DNA from: an uncultured Acidobacteriota bacterium
Lineage (GTDB): Bacteria > Acidobacteriota > UBA6911
Reading direction: 5' to 3'
Length of the DNA stretch: 64,000 nucleotides
NCBI GenBank assembly: GCA_963809485.1
Contig: CAWEJX010000007.1
Coordinates: 672,001 to 736,000, forward strand
A model generated the notes under the pieces. The model had not been told where the DNA came from. It ran no database searches and saw nothing but the letters and a program-made list of their open reading frames with translations. The position numbers and the translations under genes were made by a program. Every line of letters starts with the position of its first letter. Position 1 is the first letter of the stretch. Below, in pieces: positions 50,353 through 58,587 of this stretch.

Positions 50353-50893
50353 GGTATTTCTCCTTGTGGAGTTTCTCTCTCATAAGCTGCTTGCCGCGGA
50401 ACAGCAGCGTGGCTACCGTATTTCTCGGGAGCTGCAGGGCGGCCGCAATTTCGTCGTAGCTGAACTCGTTGTAATAAGCCAGGACGAGAGGGATGCGGAA
50501 CTTGTCCGGCAGGGAAGCCAGGGCGCGCCGGACCGCTTCACCCTGTTCAAAGGAAAGGACTGCGCTCAGCGGGCCCGGCCGGTCGGACGAGGGCTCCGGC
50601 AGCGCCGGCCCATCCTCCCCGGGGCCGCCCTGGAGAGCCGTTGACACAAACAGCTGCCGCTCCTTCGCGCGCCGCCTCAACAGGTCCACACAGTGGTTGC
50701 TCGCGACCTTCAGGATCCAGTTCGAGAAGGGAAACGCCGGATCATAGGAATCCATTTTGCGGCGCACACGCAAAAACACTTCGTGGGCCGCATCCTGTGC
50801 GGCGTCGCGCGAATTCAACAGGTATGCGCAAAGGTTGTACACCCTGCGGTGATGCTCCCGGTAAATCGTCTCGAATTCAGGTTCCGCCGTCAT
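50339..50893 (-). CDS. ECF sigma-70 factor
   Basis: DAAHEVFL, WILKVASNHCVD, SYDEIAAAL..TVATLLFRG. Confidence 0.9.
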   Translation of the reverse strand: MTAEPEFETIYREHHRRVYNLCAYLLNSRDAAQDAAHEVFLRVRRKMDSYDPAFPFSNWILKVASNHCVDLLRRRAKERQLFVSTALQGGPGEDGPALPEPSSDRPGPLSAVLSFEQGEAVRRALASLPDKFRIPLVLAYYNEFSYDEIAAALQLPRNTVATLLFRGKQLMREKLHKEKYHEVP

Positions 50894-51007
50894 CAGCGTT
50901 TCCGCAATCCCTTACGTTCCTACGAACGGCCCTTGCATTGAGTTTCAGGAAATGTCGGTCGGCATGACCATAATAGAGGGAAGGGCAGACTAATGGTAGC
51001 GTGTCAG

Positions 51008-51067
51008 GTGGAAGGTGGAACGTGGAACGTTAGAACGTTGGAACGTTTTCACGTTGCACGTTCCACG
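51008..51067. repeat. GGAACGT heptamer palindrome
   Basis: GTGGAAGGTGGAACGTGGAACG...CACGTTCCACG. Confidence 0.75.
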
Positions 51068-51070
51068 TTT

Positions 51071-51343
51071 TCAGTTAGGGCGCTGCTTTTCGGGGCGGGC
51101 GGGCTCTTCGGTCTCCCTGCGGCGCTTCGGGCGGTCTTCCTTGCGCGGCGTTTTCAAGGCGGCTTTCTCTTCATTGCTGATCCCGTCCGCAAACGGGCGG
51201 ATGGCATCCGGACCGGCTTCCCGACTTATGTGCCGGTGCTGAGTTTTGGTTTTGGCCACCAGTTCGGCAAACAGCAAAAAAACCACCGCAAGCCCGAGAA
51301 GGATCATTCCTCCGCCCAGCAGAATATACGTGAGCCAGTTCAT
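51071..51343 (-). CDS. Hypothetical small membrane protein
   Basis: GGGGGAAG SD, N-terminal TM, charged tail. Confidence 0.55.
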   Translation of the reverse strand: MNWLTYILLGGGMILLGLAVVFLLFAELVAKTKTQHRHISREAGPDAIRPFADGISNEEKAALKTPRKEDRPKRRRETEEPARPEKQRPN

Positions 51344-51565
51344 GCCGCTTCCCCCTTCGGATTTCTCAGGATCTGGAATAATGGAATTCGAGAAACCTAA
51401 TCAGCTATTCCAAAATTACCAAAGGGTTTGCGCGGCGGTTGTCAAATCTCTGTCAACAATTGTCAAACTCGATCCGGAGCCTTACGGCTCCTGCCATCTG
51501 CGATGCTGTCCATTGGGCCAAAAGGCATGAGACAGGGAACCGGCATCTGGTACTATATTGCCGCG

Positions 51566-52447
51566 ATGAAAATACCCAAGCCCATCCAGGCCGATCTTGC
51601 CCTGATACTGATCACATTTGTCTGGGGCAGCACCTTCACGGTTGTCAAAATAGGCATCGAGCAGGTTTCACCGGTACTTTTCGTGGCGCTGCGGTTCTGG
51701 ATAGCGGCGGCAATCGTTGCCGCCCTGATGCCGGGTCAAATAAAAAAGATCTCCCGCAGATCCTTCCGTCACGGGCTCGTGCTTTCATTGATGCTGGTCG
51801 GCGGTTTTGTTTTTCAGACCCTGGGCCTGCGCAGCACCGGCCCGTCTCAATCGGCCTTCATCACGAGCCTGAGCGTCGTTCTTGTCCCCCTGCTGGGATT
51901 TTTGATTTTTCGTCACCGGCCGAGGATGCAGACGCTGGCGGGCGTCATCCTGGCGACGGCAGGATTGTTCCTGCTGCTCGTCCACCTGGCCGACCTGGAT
52001 TTTCGTCCGGGGGACGTGCTGACATTGATCTGTGCTGTCATGTTTGGATTTCAAATACTGCTGCTCGGGCGCTTCCTGTCGGTGACGGACCACCGCCAGC
52101 TGATGCTGCTGCAGATGACATGCACGGCGGTGATCTGCACCCTGCTCGTGCCTGTGATCGAGAAGCCCTTTATCGCATGGAATTCAACCGTAGCCCTGTG
52201 TCTCTTTATCACAGGTGTTCTGGCCACGGCTTTTGCCTTGTACGTGCAAACCTGGGCGCAGAGATACACGACACCCAATCACGCGGCATTAATATTCAGC
52301 CTGGAACCTTTCTTCGCCGTGCTCTTCGCGTATTGGATCCTGGGCCACGTCCTGACCTCCAGGGAATGGCTCGGCGGCCTGCTGGTCCTGGCCGGCATAC
52401 TGGTATCAGAGTTGCGGATTAGGCCGGAAAATAATGCCTCTCAGTGA
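51566..52447 (+). CDS. DMT/EamA family transporter
   Basis: WGSTF, SAFITSL, SLEPFFA; ~10 TMs. Confidence 0.9.
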   Translation: MKIPKPIQADLALILITFVWGSTFTVVKIGIEQVSPVLFVALRFWIAAAIVAALMPGQIKKISRRSFRHGLVLSLMLVGGFVFQTLGLRSTGPSQSAFITSLSVVLVPLLGFLIFRHRPRMQTLAGVILATAGLFLLLVHLADLDFRPGDVLTLICAVMFGFQILLLGRFLSVTDHRQLMLLQMTCTAVICTLLVPVIEKPFIAWNSTVALCLFITGVLATAFALYVQTWAQRYTTPNHAALIFSLEPFFAVLFAYWILGHVLTSREWLGGLLVLAGILVSELRIRPENNASQ

Positions 52448-52449
52448 TG

Positions 52450-52546
52450 TAACGCTGATACACGCTGACAAAAGCGCTGACGCACGCGGATAAAACTAAA
52501 AATTTGTCCGCGTAGGTCAGCTTCCGTCAGCGTTTGTCAGCGTTCA
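52450..52546. repeat. Full ACGCTGAC-unit palindrome ending on a stop codon
   Basis: TAACGCTGAT...TCAGCGTTCA; the TCA is the methyltransferase stop. Confidence 0.85.
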
Positions 52547-53383
52547 GGGAGTGGCAGTATGCCAGTAGACCAGTGCCGACCTTACTTCCGGCGGCCATAT
52601 ATACTGCTCGTCCTTCCAGACCAGCCTGCGGCGCAGCAGGTCCATCAGGTAGGCGTCCTGTTCGCCGGTTTCCTCGAGATCCATGAAACGTTTCATGTCG
52701 CGCAATGCGTCTTCGAGGCTCGGACTGGTGCGCGGTTTCCACAGGCCGGTGTTTTCCAGCTGCACGTTGGCGTAAATGCCGATCTGCAGCAGGACGTTGT
52801 AGGCGACGGTGAAATTCGGGCTGTCCATCGGCTGGCCCCAGATGTGGCGCGCCGCTTCGGCCCGTACCCCGTCGATCGAGGGCGCACGCAGGAGCAGAAA
52901 ACAGGTTCGCCGCGTGCGTGCATCCAACTGCCGCAGGAAAGACGCCAGATCCAGGCAGGCATACATCGCATGGGAGCATAGCGAAAAATCATGCGGCTCC
53001 ACCGACACCTCCGGCCAGGCGCCCTGGACAATCGCGACATTGGCAATAGACTGCGCGGCCAGGTCCCCGCGCATGACTTCAATCATCGCGGCGGAAGGCT
53101 CCACCGCGGTGACGCGCTTCGCCTTGCGCGCCAGCAAAGCGGACCACGCACCCGTGCCCGCGCCGATATCCAGTACGGTCGAATCCCCGTCCAACTGCGA
53201 GAGGATGAAATCCCGGCTGGAGTCGGGCCGTACCCAGCGCCGCTGAACGCCTTCCTTAAACTCCAACGCCCTGCCGGCCCAGATATCCGATCCCTTTTTC
53301 GAGTCCGATTTTCTTTGATGATTGCGTTCTTTTATTTCAACCAGTTCCCGCCAGAGAGCGTTCCAATCCGTGATCTTTTCCAT
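52544..53383 (-). CDS. Class I SAM-dependent methyltransferase
   Basis: VLDIGAGTG, VTAVEPS. Confidence 0.85.
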   Translation of the reverse strand: MEKITDWNALWRELVEIKERNHQRKSDSKKGSDIWAGRALEFKEGVQRRWVRPDSSRDFILSQLDGDSTVLDIGAGTGAWSALLARKAKRVTAVEPSAAMIEVMRGDLAAQSIANVAIVQGAWPEVSVEPHDFSLCSHAMYACLDLASFLRQLDARTRRTCFLLLRAPSIDGVRAEAARHIWGQPMDSPNFTVAYNVLLQIGIYANVQLENTGLWKPRTSPSLEDALRDMKRFMDLEETGEQDAYLMDLLRRRLVWKDEQYIWPPEVRSALVYWHTATP

Positions 53384-53404
53384 GCGCCTCACTCATTAAT
53401 TCTA

Positions 53405-53523
53405 TTGGTAAACCCACGGCTCTGCCGGGGGACTCATAGAGTTTGACAGCTCCGTATTTTGAAACGCTGAGATACGCTGACAAAAGCGCTGACAAACGCC
53501 GATTTGTTCGGCGAGGGTCGGCG
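53405..53523 (+). mobile_element. IS200/IS605-like element, copy D (left part only)
   Basis: Nearly identical to 1636-1753; ends at the same GTCGGC breakpoint. Confidence 0.75.
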
Positions 53524-53637
53524 GGCGGCTTCCCCGCACTCCGGAATTATACTTGCCCGGCGCCGGGCAGGCCATGGAATACGCGGGTGGACAGCAGATT
53601 ACGGCCCCCATCGAGCGGACTGATGGGAAGAGAATGC

Positions 53638-54828
53638 CTAAAAAAGCCTGTGCGCGGCGGAAACCAGCCAGCCGGCAAGCGCGCCCCCCAGCACGAGCCA
53701 TGCGGAATTGATCCGATAGCGGATCAGAAGCACGGCGCTCGCGGCCAGCAATACAACCGCTGGGACGTCGACCAGGGCCGCCCTGGCGAGCTGCCAGGTC
53801 ACGACCGCCATGATGGAGAGCGACGTTACGACGACGCCGTCGAGAAAGGCTCCCGCAAGCGCGGACCGCCGGAGTCGGGGGACAAGCGGGCCGCTGACGG
53901 CCACGAAGACGAAGGCGGGGAGGAAAATCCCAAGCGTTGCGACCAGGGCGCCTGAAGGGCCGCCGAGCAAATATCCTATGAAAGTTGCGGTTGTGAAAAC
54001 CGGACCCGGCGTGACCTGCCCAACCGCAACGGCATCCAGCAGCTGTCCTTCGTTGAGCCAGTGCCAGTGTGTGACGAGATCGGCCCTGAGAAAAGCCAGG
54101 AGCACATATCCGCTGCCGAAAAGCACCGATCCGACCTTCAGGAAAAAAAGGAAAAGAGGCATCAAGCCGAACGGCACGGCCCGGGCGCCGGCGGCCGCGG
54201 CCAGTGGTGCTGCCGCGGCGAGCAGCGCCGCCTGAAACGCATGCATCGTCCCGCCTCTTTGCCGCGCATGCCTGCGCAGCCATGTGACGGATGCAACCGC
54301 CAATCCTCCCCCGAACAGAATGGCCAGTTCGTCGATTCCATAAAAACTCAGCAGGACTCCCGCGATCCCGGCAATTGCCAGAGTTTTGCTCTTGACGGCG
54401 GAACCCGCAAATCCCCAGAGCGCCTGCAGGACGACGGCCAGCACCACCGGCTTCACGCCGTAAAGAGCGGCATTCGCCTGCGGAAGGGATCCGTAGCGCA
54501 CGTAAGCCCAGGCGATGACGCCAACCATGAATGCCGCCGGCAGGATGAAGCAGAGCCCGGCCGCCACAAGCCCCGCCCCGCCCGCCCGGCGATGACCGAT
54601 ATGAATCGCTATCTCGGTGGAGTTCGGGCCGGGAATCAAATGGGTTGCCGCCAGCAGATCCAGGAACTCTTGACGCGAAAGCCAGCCTCTGCGCCGGACG
54701 ACCTCATCCTCCATCATGGCGATATGCGCAGCCGGCCCGCCGAAACCCAGCGTGCCCAGCTTCAGGAACAGCAAAACCAGATCCTTCACGGGCCGGTGCG
54801 ATGTGTCCTTCCGAATGAGGTCGCTCAT
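53638..54828 (-). CDS. chrA: Chromate efflux transporter
   Basis: GFGGPAAH, PGPNSTE, FGSGYV, TPGP. Confidence 0.92.
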   Translation of the reverse strand: MSDLIRKDTSHRPVKDLVLLFLKLGTLGFGGPAAHIAMMEDEVVRRRGWLSRQEFLDLLAATHLIPGPNSTEIAIHIGHRRAGGAGLVAAGLCFILPAAFMVGVIAWAYVRYGSLPQANAALYGVKPVVLAVVLQALWGFAGSAVKSKTLAIAGIAGVLLSFYGIDELAILFGGGLAVASVTWLRRHARQRGGTMHAFQAALLAAAAPLAAAAGARAVPFGLMPLFLFFLKVGSVLFGSGYVLLAFLRADLVTHWHWLNEGQLLDAVAVGQVTPGPVFTTATFIGYLLGGPSGALVATLGIFLPAFVFVAVSGPLVPRLRRSALAGAFLDGVVVTSLSIMAVVTWQLARAALVDVPAVVLLAASAVLLIRYRINSAWLVLGGALAGWLVSAAHRLF

Positions 54829-54921
54829 GGCGAATCCTTTGACTTGGGGGTATCGTCATTCTAGCATAATGGTAAGAGAGAGACCCGGAGCGGCGTTTAG
54901 CGCCGGGATAGACGGCTGTAT

Positions 54922-54990
54922 GTGGAAGGTGGAACGTGAAACGTGGAAAATTCGTTCAAACGTTCAACGTTCAAACGTTTCCACGTTCAC
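54922..54990. repeat. GGAACGT heptamer palindrome in the amrS leader
   Basis: GTGGAAGGTGGAACGTGAAACGTGGAAA...TTTCCACGTTCAC. Confidence 0.75.
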
Positions 54991-55000
54991 GGATGCGATT

Positions 55001-56068
55001 ATGGCTACGCTGGGGGAAGTGCTTCAGCAATACACAGTCCTGGGGGACTTATTCGAAACGCTGGACGGCGGGCGGGTGCGGTGCTTTGCCTGCGCGCACC
55101 GCTGCACCATCGCGAACGGGGAGACGGGATTCTGCCGTCTGCGCGTCAACCGCGCAGGCAAGCTCTACGTGCCTTTCGGGTACGTGTCGGGCGCTCAATG
55201 CGACCCGGTGGAGAAAAAACCTTTCTTTCACGTGCGTCCCGGCGCTGCCGCTTACAGCTTCGGCATGCTGGGATGCAATTTCCACTGCAGTTTCTGCCAG
55301 AACTGGGTGACCTCGCAGGCGTTGCGCGAATCCATCGCGGTCTCCCCTCCCTTCCGGACGACGCCCGACGAGCTTGTCCGGTCGGCTCTCGATCACGGGG
55401 CGGAGATCGTCGTCAGCACCTATAACGAACCGCTGATCACCAGCGAGTGGGCTGTGGCGGTGTTCCGGAAAGCCCGGGCCGCCGGTCTGTTGACGGCTTA
55501 TGTTTCCAACGGATATGCAACCCGGGAATCGCTCGAATACCTGCGTCCCTGGCTGGACCTTTATAAAGTCGACCTGAAGAGTTTCGACGAAGGCCGTTAC
55601 CGGCGCCTGGGAGGACAGCTGCAGCCGATCCTCGAAACCATTCGCAGCCTTTACGAGATGGGATTATGGGTGGAGATCGTTACCCTGCTCATACCGGGAT
55701 TCAACGATTCCGAGGAAGAACTGATCCGCCTGACGGAGTTTATCGGCGGAGTCTCTCCCGATATCCCGTGGCACGTTACCGCCTTCCACAAGGACTACAA
55801 AATGACCGGTCCGGAAAACACCGTTCCCGGAGACCTTGCCCGAGCCGCCGCAATCGGACGGAAAAGCGGGCTGCGGTATATTTATGCTGGAAACCTGCCC
55901 GGAAGATCGGGGACCTCGGAGAACACCTACTGTCCCGGGTGCAGCCAACTGCTGGTGGAGCGCTACGGATACCGCATCCTCAAGAACCGGCTGACCCCCG
56001 AAGGCGTCTGTCCCTCGTGCAGCCTGGCTATCCCCGGCAGGTGGGCGGACCGCTCCGCTACTCGATGA
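55001..56068 (+). CDS. amrS: AmmeMemoRadiSam system radical SAM enzyme
   Basis: DPVEKKP, GCNFHCSFCQNW, YNEP, YIYAGN, TYCPGC. Confidence 0.88.
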   Translation: MATLGEVLQQYTVLGDLFETLDGGRVRCFACAHRCTIANGETGFCRLRVNRAGKLYVPFGYVSGAQCDPVEKKPFFHVRPGAAAYSFGMLGCNFHCSFCQNWVTSQALRESIAVSPPFRTTPDELVRSALDHGAEIVVSTYNEPLITSEWAVAVFRKARAAGLLTAYVSNGYATRESLEYLRPWLDLYKVDLKSFDEGRYRRLGGQLQPILETIRSLYEMGLWVEIVTLLIPGFNDSEEELIRLTEFIGGVSPDIPWHVTAFHKDYKMTGPENTVPGDLARAAAIGRKSGLRYIYAGNLPGRSGTSENTYCPGCSQLLVERYGYRILKNRLTPEGVCPSCSLAIPGRWADRSATR

Positions 56069-56315
56069 GATAAAAAATATCCACGCCGTCCCGGCATCCC
56101 TCGAGCGCACTGTTCAGCATGGAAATCAGGTCGCCGTCCGCGCCCTTTTCCTTCAGATGTTCCAGCGTGTCGGAGCTGAGAAAGTATTCCTCGTCCTCGT
56201 CAAACTCTTCCTCGAGGTTGTCGATCAGGAAGTCCAGTTGCTGTTCCGTTATCTTTCCCAGAACCTCACGCTCATAGGTGTCGCAGTCCTGCTTATAAAG
56301 CCGTATCGTGTCCAT
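56058..56315 (-). CDS. Small acidic conserved hypothetical protein
   Basis: LGKITEQQLDFLIDNLEEE..EYFL; AGGA SD-like. Confidence 0.7.
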   Translation of the reverse strand: MDTIRLYKQDCDTYEREVLGKITEQQLDFLIDNLEEEFDEDEEYFLSSDTLEHLKEKGADGDLISMLNSALEGCRDGVDIFYLIE

Positions 56316-56378
56316 CCTGTTTCCCCAAAAATGAATCCACAATATCTATATATTTCCCCATAGTAGAAATCAATGCTG

Positions 56379-56461
56379 TAACGCCGACGGACGCTGACAA
56401 AAAATAAATATATATGTTGTCGGCGTGCGTCGGCGTTTTTGTCGGCGTATGTCAGCGTTCA
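56379..56461. repeat. ACGCTGAC-unit palindrome ending on the anSME stop codon
   Basis: TAACGCCGAC...GTCAGCGTTCA. Confidence 0.8.
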
Positions 56462-57742
56462 GACCGATTTGCCCATGCAGCATTTCTTATATTTGAGGCC
56501 GCTGCCGCAGGGGCAGGGATCGTTGCGGCCCGGTGTTGCCGCGCGCGCCGGGCTGCGGGCCCGCGCGAGCCCGGCGACTTTGTCGAAGAACGGGCGGCTG
56601 TAGGTGAAGAATCTCTTGTAGCCCCGGCAGAGGTAATTCAGTCCCGGTTCCCCGTCCGGTGTGAGCAGGAAACGGTCCTTGGGGCAGCCGCCATTGCACA
56701 TATCCAGGACCTCGCACTCTCGGCAAAAGCGCGGCAGCGCATCCCGTTTGGCCGCGCCGAAGGATTTCTGCTCCGGGCTCTCGAGCATTTCCGTCAACAG
56801 CTTCTCCCGTATATTGCCGAGGCGGTGCTTTTCGTCCACATAGTGATCGCAGGAATAGAAATCCCCGTTGCGCTCGACCACCGGGATGTCGCCGCAGGTT
56901 TCGCGGAAAATGCAAAGGGAATGATCCTGCCCCTGGGACGGCCGGGCCGCCTCCTCGAATATCTGAACGGCGACGCGGCCGATGTCGCGTTGAGTCCATT
57001 CGCCGAAAATCGCGCACAGGAACTCCCCGTAAGCATCCGCCGGCACATTATAATCGGGCGAGCCTGAGGTATTTCCCTGCGGCCGGTTGACAATGGGAAG
57101 GAAGCTCAAATACGTTGCGCCGGCCTCTTTGAAATATCGATAGACTTCGAGCGGATGTCCCACGTTCCTGTCATGCACGGCGCACAGGATGTCGCAGGGG
57201 ACGCCGCGCACTTTCAGGTTTTCAAACGCGCGCACAGCCGCCGCGTGTGTGGGCCCGCCGCCGCGTGTGACGCGGCAGCAGTCGTGCAGTTCCGGCGGGC
57301 CGTCCAGGCTCAGGCCCACGCTGAATTTTTCCGCGGCCAGGAAACGGCACCACTCGTCGTCGAGCAGGGTGCCGTTGGTCTGAATGCCGTTGAAAATGCG
57401 CTTGTTGCGCGGCAGGTGCCGGCGTTGCAGAGCCACGAGGCCGCGAAAATAATCCAGACCCGCGAGGGTTGGCTCGCCGCCATGCCAGGAGAAGGAGATT
57501 ACGGGGCCGGGCGACGCCTGGATATGCCGGATGACGTAATCCTCCAGGATCGCCTGGGGCATGCGGAATCCTTCATCCGCTCCTCCACCAGGCTGTTTGC
57601 CGATGTAGTAGCAGTAACGGCAGTCCAGGTTGCAGAGCGGGCCCACGGGTTTGGCGAAAACCTGGAATTCACGGGATGCCGAGAATTTCCCGGAGCTCGC
57701 CTTCGATCCCCGGGGCGCAGACGATGCAGTGCTTAGCGTCAA
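56459..57742 (-). CDS. Anaerobic sulfatase-maturase-like radical SAM/SPASM enzyme with SEC-C tail
   Basis: CNLDCRYC, WHGGEPTL, YSCDH, CNGGCPK, GRNDPCPCGSGLKYKKCC. Confidence 0.9.
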   Translation of the reverse strand: MTLSTASSAPRGSKASSGKFSASREFQVFAKPVGPLCNLDCRYCYYIGKQPGGGADEGFRMPQAILEDYVIRHIQASPGPVISFSWHGGEPTLAGLDYFRGLVALQRRHLPRNKRIFNGIQTNGTLLDDEWCRFLAAEKFSVGLSLDGPPELHDCCRVTRGGGPTHAAAVRAFENLKVRGVPCDILCAVHDRNVGHPLEVYRYFKEAGATYLSFLPIVNRPQGNTSGSPDYNVPADAYGEFLCAIFGEWTQRDIGRVAVQIFEEAARPSQGQDHSLCIFRETCGDIPVVERNGDFYSCDHYVDEKHRLGNIREKLLTEMLESPEQKSFGAAKRDALPRFCRECEVLDMCNGGCPKDRFLLTPDGEPGLNYLCRGYKRFFTYSRPFFDKVAGLARARSPARAATPGRNDPCPCGSGLKYKKCCMGKSV

Positions 57743-58436
57743 TTCGGTTGTCTCCCCCTTTTGTCAGAAACCGCGCCCCGCATTCCTGCGCGACGACCTG
57801 GACGGGGGCGTAGTCCCACTCCATGCCGCGTCCGCTCAACCAGATATCCGCCTTGCCTCTCGCCAGCATGATGACGTCGTAACAGCCGCCGTAACAGCGG
57901 ACGGTCCAGCATTTTTGCGTGAGCAGGCGAACGGCTTCCGGCGGCCAGGAGTTCCATGCCTCTTTGAACCCGCTCACCATGAGGACGGATTTGTCCACTC
58001 TTGATATGCGGGACGCGCTCACACGCCCGCCATTCCAGAAACAGCCCTTGCCGTCGGCCGCGTGCAGCGTTTCATCCAGGCAGGGACAATGAATCACACC
58101 CAGGACGACCTGCGAACCGGCCTGCAGCGCCAGCTGCACCGACCAGAACGCGTTGCGGCGGACGAAATCCCGAGTGCCGTCAATCGGGTCGATGATCCAG
58201 CGGCGGCCGGACCGGGAAGGCACGCGCGCACCCTCTTCGCCCAGGATTCCGTCGTCGGGGAATTGTTCGTTCAGGGCGCCGCAGATGAGTTTTTCGCACT
58301 CACGGTCCGCCACGGTCACAGGCGAAGCGTCGGATTTTTCTTCAGCCGGCACCGACCGGTCAAAGTAATACATCGCCTTCTCGCCGGCTTTGCGCGCAAT
58401 TTGAATCGCCGTCTCAAGTTCGCCGTCGTATGTCAT
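57669..58436 (-). CDS. Inositol monophosphatase / histidinol-phosphatase family
   Basis: VTVADRECE, LGEE, WIIDPIDGT, EWDYAP. Confidence 0.88.
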   Translation of the reverse strand: MTYDGELETAIQIARKAGEKAMYYFDRSVPAEEKSDASPVTVADRECEKLICGALNEQFPDDGILGEEGARVPSRSGRRWIIDPIDGTRDFVRRNAFWSVQLALQAGSQVVLGVIHCPCLDETLHAADGKGCFWNGGRVSASRISRVDKSVLMVSGFKEAWNSWPPEAVRLLTQKCWTVRCYGGCYDVIMLARGKADIWLSGRGMEWDYAPVQVVAQECGARFLTKGGDNRIDAKHCIVCAPGIEGELREILGIP

Positions 58437-58496
58437 AGAAGCCCCGACCAATATGCCACAACAGGCTGCAGGTGTCCAAGTCGACGCATCCTGGTC

Positions 58497-58573
58497 GACG
58501 CACGCTGACAAAAAAATTAAATATATAAATTGTCGGCGTGCGTCGGCGTTTTGTCAGCGTCTGTCAGCGTTTA
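58497..58573. repeat. ACGCTGAC-unit palindrome (left arm short)
   Basis: GACGCACGCTGAC - AT loop - GTCGGCG/GTCAGCG x4. Confidence 0.8.
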
Positions 58574-58587
58574 ATTTTTATCCTGCG

